Virus record (IMG/VR): IMGVR_UViG_3300021376_000001
Length of the DNA: 20,000 bases
From: an uncultured virus (IMG/VR IMGVR_UViG_3300021376_000001)
Taxonomy: Duplodnaviria; Heunggongvirae; Uroviricota; Caudoviricetes
Strand: one strand, 5' to 3'
Part shown: one piece after another, positions 1 through 9,485 of the stretch
Numbering within the stretch: position 1 is the first letter of the stretch
Layout of the letters: every line of letters begins with the position of its first letter
Program-made: the position numbers and the translations under genes
The notes under the pieces: generated by a model
Told to the model about the DNA's origin: nothing
Seen by the model: the letters and a program-made list of their open reading frames with translations, nothing else
Database searches by the model: none

Positions 1-366
1 TATCTCTGGGATTTGAAAGAGCTTTATTATCTTGATGCCGGCAGTGGCATTGCCACCATCACATCAGGCACCATCATTGATCCGGCGGTGGGCAGCAATC
101 GTGTGCGCGTAACCACCAGTGGTCGGCATGGCCTCACGTCTCAAGATGTGGTGCGCATTACAGGTGCTTCCGTCAGTGGATATAACGCCACATATGTAAC
201 GAATACGCTGAGCATTATTTCTGATACTGTATTTGAAATTGTACCTGCAAGTGGTGGTACGCCTGTTTTCAGTTCTGTAGCCTCTGGCGGCACGCTTAAT
301 GTGCTGAAAGAGGATACGATTGTAATAGGCACGTTGCAGGTTATCCCTCGCATCACATCTATCTAA
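1..366 (+). CDS. C-terminal part of a virion structural protein (LtfC/BppU-like beta-sandwich with an inserted FCCH-like beta-domain); 5' truncated by the window edge
   Basis: The frame is open from nt 1 (YLWDLKELYY...) and ends DTIVIGTLQVIPRITSI. These two motifs parallel 'QYDVLVT...FYLLEGAAFIDTGLT' of the ORF at 9486. Between them lies 'VRVTTSGRHGLTSQDVVRITGASVSGYNATY...SDTVFEI', typical of the FCCH-like domain of phage tail proteins. Confidence 0.7.
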   Translation, partial: YLWDLKELYYLDAGSGIATITSGTIIDPAVGSNRVRVTTSGRHGLTSQDVVRITGASVSGYNATYVTNTLSIISDTVFEIVPASGGTPVFSSVASGGTLNVLKEDTIVIGTLQVIPRITSI

Positions 367-372
367 GGAACA

Positions 373-1923
373 ATGCCTGACATTGAAGAAGGAAAACAGG
401 TAGTAACAGTTGGCCGCTCTGAGCCGCTTGCTGCCGGTCAGGCCACAATGGCCAATTCGCTGCCAGTGGTTATTGCCAGCGATCAATCGCCCGTTCCCAT
501 CCTTGATAACCTAAGCAGCCCTTCGGAGGTGCATGACGACCTCCTGGGCAACCCTCGTGTTCAGACCAGTCTGCAGCTCTGGGATTCGACCAACATCCTC
601 GCCATTGACCCTAAGGCTTGGAAGCTAACGGCGGACGACACTGGCACCCCGAATTTTTCAACTGTCACCCACTTGCCGTCCGAAAGCGGCGCACAGTTGC
701 TAATCAACACCAACGCTCCCAACGGCACCATTGCCCAGATGCAGAGCCGCTTGGTATTTCCGTACCAGACCGGCCGCATCACTGATGTAAGTTTTGGCGT
801 CAGCATGCTGAAGGACGCTAATGCCACTATCGAAATGGGCATTTTCGATGGCAAGAACGGCTACATCATTCGCATTGTTGGCAATAGTTTGTTCTTCGTT
901 CGCCGGACAAATTCTGGCGAAAGTCCGCAGAATCATGGAGCCCCTGTGGGCTCCACTGATTTCACCATTAGCAATAGCGCAAGCCTATATAACGGCCATC
1001 GTTATCGCGTGCTTACTTCCGATCCGTCCGTGATGGAAGAAATTGTGCCGCGTGCATTTTTTAATGGTGACAAACTTGATGGCGTTGCACCTAGCGTGCA
1101 TACCCTGAGCCTGGCGAATGTGACCATGTATCGCATTCAAATGGGCTGGTATGGCGGCTCAGCCTGCAAGCTGCAAGCATTTGTGCCTGTGGACACCAAT
1201 TTACCCGCTGGTGCAACAGCGAAAAACTCTCGCTGGGTGACCATCCATCAAAACAACACTTGCGACCGCATCCCGTTCCCAAGCCTGGGCAATCCCAACC
1301 TGCCTCTGACGTTCAAGGTGACGAAAGATGGCAGCCTGCCGCAAGCCGTCTATCTGAAGATTTATGGCACCAAGGCTGAGATTGACGGTGGCGATGCAAG
1401 CAAGTATGACATCTTCTCCCAGGCATCCACTCCTGCAACTACCAATCCTGGCGTGCAGCGCCCGCTTCTGACCATCCGTTGCAAGGAAAACATCACCAAT
1501 GCGGACGGCAATAGCAAGCTGAATATTATGCGAGTGGTGCCCCTGATGCTGAATTTCTCTGCATCGCATCGTGCCAAATTCAGCCTGATCAAGAACCCCG
1601 CAACGCTGGTGGTAAGCGGCAGCAGTATTGATCCCTCGACTAACACCACTGCATTCACGTCCACGGCCCAATTGTCGGCCATGGAATACAACACTGCAGC
1701 CACTGGTATTACGGGTGGTAGCACTGTTGCTACGTTCTTTGCTGGCGATGACGATGGTCAGAACATTGTCCTGAGCGAAGTGTTCCGTTACAACCGCGAA
1801 TTCCTCACTCGTCCGATCTCCAACAGCGGCGGCACATCTGGCGACATCCTTACATTGGTTGCTGAAAGCATTGCTGACAGCGGCAACACTGTTACCGGCT
1901 CGCTCACTTGGGGCGAGCGCTGA
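373..1923 (+). CDS. Virion structural protein, lectin/ConA-like family seen in cyanophages (516 aa)
   Basis: Long ORF preceded by AAGGA. Motifs DLLGNPR, FPYQTGR, FNGDKLDG and MGWYGG are shared with the next ORF. Confidence 0.75.
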   Translation: MPDIEEGKQVVTVGRSEPLAAGQATMANSLPVVIASDQSPVPILDNLSSPSEVHDDLLGNPRVQTSLQLWDSTNILAIDPKAWKLTADDTGTPNFSTVTHLPSESGAQLLINTNAPNGTIAQMQSRLVFPYQTGRITDVSFGVSMLKDANATIEMGIFDGKNGYIIRIVGNSLFFVRRTNSGESPQNHGAPVGSTDFTISNSASLYNGHRYRVLTSDPSVMEEIVPRAFFNGDKLDGVAPSVHTLSLANVTMYRIQMGWYGGSACKLQAFVPVDTNLPAGATAKNSRWVTIHQNNTCDRIPFPSLGNPNLPLTFKVTKDGSLPQAVYLKIYGTKAEIDGGDASKYDIFSQASTPATTNPGVQRPLLTIRCKENITNADGNSKLNIMRVVPLMLNFSASHRAKFSLIKNPATLVVSGSSIDPSTNTTAFTSTAQLSAMEYNTAATGITGGSTVATFFAGDDDGQNIVLSEVFRYNREFLTRPISNSGGTSGDILTLVAESIADSGNTVTGSLTWGER

Positions 1924-1931
1924 GTTAAACC

Positions 1932-4019
1932 ATGGCATATTATCAGCTTCCCCATGAAGTTGGGCAGAAACGGTATGTTGTAGCTAGTGGGGCTAATGCT
2001 GGCACTGTTTTACAGGAAGGTGGCCCTTTCCCTACTGGCCGCCAACCGCGTGCAAGTGGCATTCCGATTGTGCTGCCGCGTTTTAACGCAACGCTGCCAG
2101 TTGTCATTCACCAAGAAAAGCCAACAGAAATCCGCACTGATCTTCTTGGTAATCCACGGGCTGAGGCAACGCTCAGCCTTTTCAATTACACTGACGACTA
2201 CGCATTTCGCGACGACATTTACGTTGCCGAAGTGCAGGGTCTGAATGAGATTGGAGAGAATGACAATGAAAGTGCCAAGTGGACTCAGCTCCAAAATGTC
2301 GGAATCAACTACTCGCCCCTGCCTACTGGATACATCACACATGATCCAGCCAGGCAAGCCGTCAAAATCGAGCTTGCCAAAGCAGAGGGCGGTTTTCAGC
2401 GAGTGCGTATCAGCACACGAAAGCGATTTCGTTATCAAACCGGACGTGTCGTTCGCGCTTCAGTTTGCCTTCAGATGAGCCAGGCAAATCTGCCTGCCTG
2501 TGAAAAGACATGGGGTATTGGTGATTCGCTTGATGGTTTCTTCTTCAATATCAAAGCAGGTGGTGATGGGGATGATTTTCGCCTCATCCATCGCCGCTCT
2601 TCTGGTGATGGCCTACCGAAGGAAATAGTTGTTCCTCGTAGCGCATTTAATGGTGACAAGTTAGACGGTACTGGATCGAGCAATGCAGTGCTTGATCTGA
2701 CTAAGAACTGTATGTACTTGGTTGAGTGGGGCTGGTATGGCGCCAGTTCTGCTCGTTTCTATGCCTTTGTCGTCGACGAGGCAACGGATATTCCTGACAC
2801 GATCAGGGGCATTCCGCGTGGTCGTTGGGTGTTGATGCATGAAATGCTCATCCCCGATTCATTGTCCACCCCCAGCTTGGGCACACCTGTGCTGCCCTTC
2901 ACCATTGAAATCACGAACAATGGCTATCTGGTGGAACCCCAGTTCATTGTTAAGTATGGACTGAGCCTGCAGATTGATGGAGGGGAAAGCGAAAAGGCTG
3001 AGATTTACGGAGCTGATTTATCTGCCGGCCGGGACATTGGTCCTGTGTTGGGCGGCAGCCAGGCCGCCCATTATTTCCCGTTGTTTGCCATTCGGGCTAA
3101 GGAATTTGCCCCTGGCGGGCTGATTAATAGTCTGCAGGGCTTGCCTAAAACACTTGACTTGCTGGGCAACTATGCGACGGAGCTGGTAGTGCTTCGTGAT
3201 CCCGTGTTTAGCAACATGAAAGAGGCTGCGGGCCATTTCAATGGCACGCTGCCGGAAGATACTGACGGCCAATATGGCCTTGGCGAAGCGCTGCTGCAGG
3301 GCTATGACAATGATGGTGTGAGCATTATTCAGCTCACCACTGAGCAGCCTGACGTGCTGCCATTGGCAGTCGAGGACATTTATACGCTTACGGACATGGG
3401 CGTACTGGAAGGCAACTTCCTCATGAAAAAAGTGGTGGATGGCAAGACACTCACCACGCTTTACGCTGCCCCGAACAAGAGCGAGCACATTGAGCTCACA
3501 GCCATTTATGACTTGGTGCGTGAATCAATTACCACTGAATACGATAGTAAGTTTGACTTCCCGCCCAGTAACGAAAACATCAAGATTACCAACATCAGTG
3601 GAGGGGGTGTGTTAACGCTGGAGCGGCGCCACACGTTTGAGAGTGGCTTCCGCTTTGTTATTGGCACTACCACGTACTACGTGCTCAATGTCCCCGATGA
3701 ATTCTCCCTCACATTGTCCACCTCTCGCGGCGGAGCTTTGTACAATAACTATGCCGCTGATGGCATCGTTGCTGGCGCATTTGGTACTGGATATTTTGAT
3801 CTGGTGATTAACAATGCAGTGGCAAGTAGGGCTCGCGCGATTAGTCAAGGCATTGTGGTGTTTGCAGTGAGACGCATTGCTGATGCTCAATTGGCAAGTT
3901 CGCTGGCAGAGAAAAATGCACAATGGATGAGGACATATAATTGCTCAACCACTAACACGTATAATGTGGTTAGCCCTGCCCCCGAAGTGAGGGCGTTCCT
4001 CAATTACGGGCTGCGATAA
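1932..4019 (+). CDS. Virion structural protein, paralog of 373..1923 with extra insertions (695 aa)
   Basis: Motifs DLLGNPR, RFRYQTGR, FNGDKLDGTGSS, WGWYGA and PSLGTPVLPF are collinear with the preceding ORF. Confidence 0.75.
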   Translation: MAYYQLPHEVGQKRYVVASGANAGTVLQEGGPFPTGRQPRASGIPIVLPRFNATLPVVIHQEKPTEIRTDLLGNPRAEATLSLFNYTDDYAFRDDIYVAEVQGLNEIGENDNESAKWTQLQNVGINYSPLPTGYITHDPARQAVKIELAKAEGGFQRVRISTRKRFRYQTGRVVRASVCLQMSQANLPACEKTWGIGDSLDGFFFNIKAGGDGDDFRLIHRRSSGDGLPKEIVVPRSAFNGDKLDGTGSSNAVLDLTKNCMYLVEWGWYGASSARFYAFVVDEATDIPDTIRGIPRGRWVLMHEMLIPDSLSTPSLGTPVLPFTIEITNNGYLVEPQFIVKYGLSLQIDGGESEKAEIYGADLSAGRDIGPVLGGSQAAHYFPLFAIRAKEFAPGGLINSLQGLPKTLDLLGNYATELVVLRDPVFSNMKEAAGHFNGTLPEDTDGQYGLGEALLQGYDNDGVSIIQLTTEQPDVLPLAVEDIYTLTDMGVLEGNFLMKKVVDGKTLTTLYAAPNKSEHIELTAIYDLVRESITTEYDSKFDFPPSNENIKITNISGGGVLTLERRHTFESGFRFVIGTTTYYVLNVPDEFSLTLSTSRGGALYNNYAADGIVAGAFGTGYFDLVINNAVASRARAISQGIVVFAVRRIADAQLASSLAEKNAQWMRTYNCSTTNTYNVVSPAPEVRAFLNYGLR

Positions 4020-4841
4020 ATGACAGTAGGAAGTTCAATCGTCAACTTGACGGCAAGCGGCCTGCCGACAGAGCAGGTTGATCAGGCATTTGCCTTCTGT
4101 TTGGGCACGCAGATTCTGCAAAACCCGGCATCTTCGCCGAGGGTGGGTAAACTGTCATTCAAGATTAGTCCTAATCTTTTTGATGTGCCAGTAAGCGGCA
4201 ATACAGTGGGCGCCACTGCTATTGGCCTTGCTACTTCTGCAAATACTTCCAATATTTCTATCTGGTCTTCTACTGCTCAAATCAGAGACAACGGTATTGG
4301 ATTTGGTGTTTACGCAGTCAGTTTTGCTGAGGACATCAACAACAACCAAAAAGTGAACGTTGCTGCTGCCGGCACGTCTATTGCCTCTGTGTGTAAAAAC
4401 AGGGTGGCCAGCGGTATTGACCTTGGTAACAACACTTTTACATCCACTTCACATGGATACGGGCAAGGGGATGCCGTCGTTATCGCTAGTGGCGACATTC
4501 CCGTTCCGCTTGCCACTGGAATAACTTATTACGTCATCCCTTCCGGCGTAAATAATTTCCTACTTGCCGAAACAAGAGCAAATGCAATGGCTGGGGTTGG
4601 CTCTGCTATTGACTTGATAGTTGACACCGGTGGTTTGACATACCTAGAAAGTGATGACGTTTTTGATGTTACAAGATCGGGGTTGACCGGCACGGTTATT
4701 GTCAAGCGAAACGGGTCAATCGTTCATACTTTCAGCGGCACCACTACTGCTACATTGCGACCATTTTTTTGGACGAGGGAAAGCAGTAATAGCGCTACAA
4801 TTCCAGTATTCAAGGCGATCAAAGTCAGCGGGGCTTCGTAA
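4020..4841 (+). CDS. Virion structural protein with an FCCH-like beta-domain (273 aa)
   Basis: ATG directly follows the upstream TAA. Contains NTFTSTSHGYGQGDAVV...PVPLATGITYYVI...NNFLLAETRANA. Confidence 0.7.
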   Translation: MTVGSSIVNLTASGLPTEQVDQAFAFCLGTQILQNPASSPRVGKLSFKISPNLFDVPVSGNTVGATAIGLATSANTSNISIWSSTAQIRDNGIGFGVYAVSFAEDINNNQKVNVAAAGTSIASVCKNRVASGIDLGNNTFTSTSHGYGQGDAVVIASGDIPVPLATGITYYVIPSGVNNFLLAETRANAMAGVGSAIDLIVDTGGLTYLESDDVFDVTRSGLTGTVIVKRNGSIVHTFSGTTTATLRPFFWTRESSNSATIPVFKAIKVSGAS

Positions 4842-4844
4842 TCC

Positions 4845-6743
4845 ATGGCACAAAGCAAACTCATTACTGACCTTGTCGCGCTTGTTACGCCAAGTAATGA
4901 CGATGTCTTTGTCATAGTCGACAATACGACAACCCCATCGCTGTCGGTAACCAAGAAGATCACCTATGCAAACTTGAAGGAAAGTTTGCAGGACATGATC
5001 GATGTGCTGTTCTCTGGTGGCACGGGGATCAATGCATCTTACAACGATGCATCGAACACGATCACTCTTTCCGTGATCAATGACACGTCAACTCAGAAAT
5101 CTATTTTTTCCAATAACGGCACTGTTATTGGCACTAGACAAGAACTAAATCTTGTGCCTGGCGCAAGTATTACACTGTCAGGCGGGGAAAATGCTCCGGC
5201 TAACCGAGTTAATTTTACCATCAATTCAACTGCAGTTTCGACTGCTAGCGGGCTTCCCGGAATTGGCACCACATATAACGTGCTGTCTGGCGTTACAACT
5301 CTGCCTGATGGCACAAAGCGTTTGGACCTGCGCGGAATCAAGGCCGGAGGCAGTGGCATTAGCGTCGGCCTTACGGATTTTGATCAGACAATTGTCGTCA
5401 ATGTTGTTCCCTCTGGCATTGACATTAACTCTCTGAGCGTAGGCAGCCCTTTGGCGGTTGCGCTGGGTGGTACTGCTGCAACTACGCCGTCTGGCGCCCG
5501 TGGGCAACTCGGCGCCGCCACTGCAGGGGCTAATTTTGACATCACATCTCTCAGTGGCTTGACAACCGCTCTGAGCATCGGCCAGGGCGGTACAGGAGGG
5601 CAAACGGCCCAAACCGCTCTGTTCAATATCGGTGGTCTTTCTTATGTTGCCAATCTTGGAGCGACAGGCGAATCGTTGCTTGTTAGTCAGAAAAATGCAG
5701 TTGCGGGCGAATACAGAACAGAGCTAAAAAGTGTCAGGGCAGGTTCAGCGAAAATTACCGTTAGCACAGTTAGCAACTCTATTTCAATCGACGCGAGTCC
5801 GAATGATATTCTGAATGCGGCAAGCGCGAATGTAAATCTCAATGCATTTCGCATCACCAACCTTGCTGCACCTGTAGCAGATAATGACGCGGCAACTAAG
5901 GGTTACGCAGACTCTGTTGCCCAGGGTCTTACGGTTAAGGGTTCATGCCGACTTGCGTCGACAACAGGTTTTAGCGCAACTTATTTTAATGGCTCTGGCA
6001 CGGTTTCTGCTGTTGACGTTGCGACAAATACGCTAACCATTAATAACCATGGCTTTAATACCGGAGAGCGAGTATATGTGTCATCTACCGGTTCGCTTCC
6101 CAGCGCCACGCCGGCACTTGCGCTAAACACTCAGTACTTCATTATCAATACTGGTACTAACTCGGTCAAGCTTGCGACAACACTTGCCAACGCCAATGCG
6201 GGCACTGCTATTGACTTAACCAGCACTGGTTCTGGTGTTTTAACAGTCAACCACACTCTATATCTTCTTGCTACCGCAAACGGTGCCGCTTCTTTTGATG
6301 GAATTGCGGCCGCCTCTGGTGATCGGATTCTTCTGAAAAACCAGTCCAATGCTACGCAAAATGGCATCTATGCCGTCACTGAGCTTGGAGACGTAAGCAC
6401 TCCCGCCGTCTTAACGCGAGCAGACGACTCAAACGCCTCAACTGATATTCAGGAAGGCAGCTTTACTTTTATTGTCGAGGGTACGGCTAACGGCGGCGTT
6501 GCATATGTGCAAACCACGCAAGATCCCGTTCTTGATGCCAGCAATCTTGTTTGGACGGTATTTTCTTCAAGTGCAATTCCCATCAATACCGTTGACAACA
6601 CCAAGCTTGCGTTCATGGCTGCCGGAACCATTAAAGGCAGGCAAGGTGGAGCCGGCAGTGGCAACCCGCAAGATCTAACCGCAAATCAGGTGGTTGCTAT
6701 AGTTAATACTGCCACAGACAGTATTGATTGTGGCACTTATTAA
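4845..6743 (+). CDS. Tail fibre protein (632 aa)
   Basis: N-terminal KLITDL...DDVFVIVD...TKKITYANL fibre motif; GGTG repeats; RITNLAAPVADNDAATKGYAD knot; GDRILLKNQSNATQNGIY module; ends IDCGTY. Confidence 0.8.
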   Translation: MAQSKLITDLVALVTPSNDDVFVIVDNTTTPSLSVTKKITYANLKESLQDMIDVLFSGGTGINASYNDASNTITLSVINDTSTQKSIFSNNGTVIGTRQELNLVPGASITLSGGENAPANRVNFTINSTAVSTASGLPGIGTTYNVLSGVTTLPDGTKRLDLRGIKAGGSGISVGLTDFDQTIVVNVVPSGIDINSLSVGSPLAVALGGTAATTPSGARGQLGAATAGANFDITSLSGLTTALSIGQGGTGGQTAQTALFNIGGLSYVANLGATGESLLVSQKNAVAGEYRTELKSVRAGSAKITVSTVSNSISIDASPNDILNAASANVNLNAFRITNLAAPVADNDAATKGYADSVAQGLTVKGSCRLASTTGFSATYFNGSGTVSAVDVATNTLTINNHGFNTGERVYVSSTGSLPSATPALALNTQYFIINTGTNSVKLATTLANANAGTAIDLTSTGSGVLTVNHTLYLLATANGAASFDGIAAASGDRILLKNQSNATQNGIYAVTELGDVSTPAVLTRADDSNASTDIQEGSFTFIVEGTANGGVAYVQTTQDPVLDASNLVWTVFSSSAIPINTVDNTKLAFMAAGTIKGRQGGAGSGNPQDLTANQVVAIVNTATDSIDCGTY

Positions 6744-6784
6744 TTTTCTCAAGAGCCGCGCTTGTGCGCGGCATTATTAGTGCC

Positions 6785-7762
6785 ATGACAATTAGCGTTC
6801 AAAACTTGCGTAGCGCGGTCGCCAATAAGCGACCTGTTGCGACTGGCCTTTCCGTTGGTCAGATTGCTATTAATTACAACGAAGAAGATCCCGCAATTTA
6901 TTTGCGTGGAGATGCTGGGGCTCTTGTTAAAGTTGCCCCCGCAGTTGTTGCTTCTTCTACGCCCAATGCAACACCCGCAAGTGGTGGAGCTAGTGGCAAT
7001 AGCCGAGGCGAAACATGGTTAGACACTGCTTCCTCCCCGCCTCAATGGAAAGTATATAACGGGAGCTCGTGGAATAGTACTTATACCTTGGCTAGTGGCA
7101 CGGTCGCCACTACGCCTGCAACCGCAGATAGTTCAACACTTATTGCAACCACCGCCTATGTAGGGAACAAGGTTGCTGATTACGCACCTAGCAAGGCAGG
7201 TGCCGGAGCTACTGGTACATGGAATATTGGTATTAGCGGCAATGCTGCCACTGCCGCCGCATTGACAACTGCTAGGACAATTAGTCTTGGCGGTGACCTT
7301 AGTGGCAGCGCAAGCTTTGATGGTTCTGCGAATATTTCTATCTCGGCCACTATCGCGGCAGATTCTGTTGCTCTTGGATCTGACACAACCGGTAATTATG
7401 TGGCAGCAGGCGCCACAAGCGGCAATGGCCTGAGCGGTAGTGTTAGCAGCGAAGGTGGCACTTTTACTGTCACATCGAATGCGACTAACGCAAACACTGG
7501 TAGCACAATTGTTTTCCGTGATGCCAGTGGCAATTTCAGCGCTGGTACTGTTTCTGCAGCATTGAACGGCAATGCGTCAACAGCGACAACACTTGCCACT
7601 GCTCGCAATATCAATGGTGTAAGTTTTAATGGCAGCGCTAATATTGAAGTCAACCCGCTAAGCACAACAGGAACGGCGTATTCAAACGGCTACGGCGGAC
7701 GTTATCTGTCCACTTCTAACCCAACTGGTGGAAGTGCAGGCGACATCTGGTATAAGTATTGA
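6785..7762 (+). CDS. Tail fibre protein with Mtd_N-like N-terminus (325 aa; start moved to ATG 6785)
   Basis: Starts MTISVQNLRS...KRP...LSVGQIAIN. Fibre repeats ATAAALTTARTISL...SFDGSANI and ASTATTLATARNINGVSFNGSANI. C-terminus PTGGSAGDIWYKY. Confidence 0.8.
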   Translation: MTISVQNLRSAVANKRPVATGLSVGQIAINYNEEDPAIYLRGDAGALVKVAPAVVASSTPNATPASGGASGNSRGETWLDTASSPPQWKVYNGSSWNSTYTLASGTVATTPATADSSTLIATTAYVGNKVADYAPSKAGAGATGTWNIGISGNAATAAALTTARTISLGGDLSGSASFDGSANISISATIAADSVALGSDTTGNYVAAGATSGNGLSGSVSSEGGTFTVTSNATNANTGSTIVFRDASGNFSAGTVSAALNGNASTATTLATARNINGVSFNGSANIEVNPLSTTGTAYSNGYGGRYLSTSNPTGGSAGDIWYKY

Positions 7763-7786
7763 TAGCGTCACCCATTTACTTCAATC

Positions 7787-8338
7787 ATGACTTACATTGA
7801 TCCTGATCTTGGCTCCCGGAATTGGGAGCGACTGATTCGCGTTGAAAATGGCGTTGCCATTGAAGAAACTCGTGCTCCCTTTGGCTGGTTCACAGAAACA
7901 GGACAGCGTCCTTGCGATGAATGGTTGGCAACAGAAGGGTACTATGGATTCGTTCCGAGTGAAGGGCCTGATGTTTTGGCAACGGAATGCACTTACTCAC
8001 TCAATCCAATTCGGGAATGGGCTGTTGACGAGGAGTCAAAAACAGTTTCTCCTACATGGAACATTGTTTATTACACAGAAGAAGAAAAAATTCGCAATGA
8101 AGTACAGCTAGATAGATCAAAGTGGGAGGCAATGCGCAGTGCTCGTAATGTTCTTCTTTCGCAAACCGACTGGACTCAATTGCCGGATGTAGATCCAGCG
8201 CTGTCTGCTGAATGGCGGGAGTATCGCCAAGCTTTGCGTGATTTGCCGTCTAACATTACAGACATTGATGCATTTTTTTGGCCGACACGCCCAGGAGAAG
8301 AATTTCCCATGTCTAACGGCGGTCCTTCGTACACCTGA
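7787..8338 (+). CDS. Tail fibre assembly chaperone-like protein (183 aa)
   Basis: C-terminal WEAMRSARNVLLSQTDWTQLPD...WREYRQALRDLP...FWPTRP matches the signature of Tfa/phage tail assembly chaperone proteins. Confidence 0.8.
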   Translation: MTYIDPDLGSRNWERLIRVENGVAIEETRAPFGWFTETGQRPCDEWLATEGYYGFVPSEGPDVLATECTYSLNPIREWAVDEESKTVSPTWNIVYYTEEEKIRNEVQLDRSKWEAMRSARNVLLSQTDWTQLPDVDPALSAEWREYRQALRDLPSNITDIDAFFWPTRPGEEFPMSNGGPSYT

Positions 8339-8346
8339 GATTTGTT

Positions 8347-9321
8347 ATGACAGTTTATGTTCATGACAGTGGCGTATGGCGCACTGTTGCCGGTGGAGGT
8401 TTGCAGGTAAAAGATGGGAGCGTGTGGAGGCCTGTTAATACAGGCCACGTAAGGGACGCATCGGTATGGCGCCAAGTTTACGCCAGTCTAATCACGCAAA
8501 CTTTCACTTTTACTTATACAGGAGCAGATCAAATTTTTCCTGTCCCCGCTAATTTCGTCCCCAACGATGGCATTCAATCGTTGACGGTGTATGCCTGGGG
8601 TGCTGGCGGGGGAGGAAATAATGGCGGAGGCGGATACAGCGGCCAAGGAGGATGCGGGGGTTTTACGTCAGGATTACTTCAATTGAATGGCGGAACACCT
8701 TGCACAATCGTGGTCGGCGGTGGCGGCCAGGGAGGAGGTGCTGCTTACGTTGCTGGTCCGTATGGCGGGGGCGGTGGTCCTACTGCAGGCGACTGTGGAG
8801 GTGGTGGCCTTACAGGAATTTTTGAAAACTCATATACTCATGCCAACTCCGTTCTCATAGCTGGCGGTGGTGGTGGGCAGGGCGGTAATGGAAGCCCTGG
8901 AAAACTTTATTTCGGTGGTTGCGGCGGTGGCGTCAACGGAGAAGGTTCTATTGGTCAAAGTTGTGGCAATAGCGGTGTTGGCGGCACTCAATTCGGCAGC
9001 GGCCAAGGTGGATCAGCTCTGCAAGGTGGCGGTTCTGCTAATGGTTTTCTCCGCGGTGGCGCTGGTGGTGGTGGTTATTACGGCGGAGGCTGTCAAGATG
9101 GCGTTTCTGGATGCGGACATCCAGGAGGTGGCGGCGGATCAGGTTATTTGCATCCCACAAAAGTTTCTTCTGGCAGTTTTTCGACGCTCACTCACGCTCG
9201 AGCTGCTGGATCTGTGCCTCAATCGGGCAATGCTTACTATCAAGCAGGCGTGGGCAATGGTCCTACCAATGGAGCGGGCGGAAATGGCTTACTTGTGATT
9301 GTCGGGACTTATTTTGGTTGA
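8347..9321 (+). CDS. Glycine-rich receptor-binding adhesin, gp38-like architecture (324 aa)
   Basis: Three N-terminal Trp motifs (VHDSGVWRTV, VKDGSVWRPV, VRDASVWRQV), then YAWGAGGGG, IVVGGGG, LIAGGGGG, GGGGGYYGGG, GGGGGSGY and GGNGLLVI. Confidence 0.75.
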   Translation: MTVYVHDSGVWRTVAGGGLQVKDGSVWRPVNTGHVRDASVWRQVYASLITQTFTFTYTGADQIFPVPANFVPNDGIQSLTVYAWGAGGGGNNGGGGYSGQGGCGGFTSGLLQLNGGTPCTIVVGGGGQGGGAAYVAGPYGGGGGPTAGDCGGGGLTGIFENSYTHANSVLIAGGGGGQGGNGSPGKLYFGGCGGGVNGEGSIGQSCGNSGVGGTQFGSGQGGSALQGGGSANGFLRGGAGGGGYYGGGCQDGVSGCGHPGGGGGSGYLHPTKVSSGSFSTLTHARAAGSVPQSGNAYYQAGVGNGPTNGAGGNGLLVIVGTYFG

Positions 9322-9323
9322 TC

Positions 9324-9458
9324 ATGGCGAAACCCAAGAAAACTCTTAACGGCACTATTCGTATTGAGCCAAAACCAAAGCGCACCCGTCAAGGTGATGG
9401 TAAGAATAGTAAAGCTTCCCACGGAAGAAAACTTTCCCGTGGGCAGGGCAAAGGCTGA
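9324..9458 (+). CDS. Small, highly basic protein (44 aa) of a family seen in cyanophages
   Basis: MAKPKKTLNGTIRIEPKPKRTRQGDGKNSKASHGRKLSRGQGKG. The ATG is 2 nt after the upstream stop. The KRTRQGxG...RGQG pattern is familiar from cyanophage hypothetical proteins. Confidence 0.7.
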   Translation: MAKPKKTLNGTIRIEPKPKRTRQGDGKNSKASHGRKLSRGQGKG

Positions 9459-9485
9459 TTATCATTAAGAAAACGCTGTGGTGCC

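Noticed and set aside
8590..9290. GGC/GGT-rich low-complexity DNA as a tandem repeat or VNTR
   Set aside because: It is explained by polyglycine codons with varied third positions; there is no exact repeat unit.
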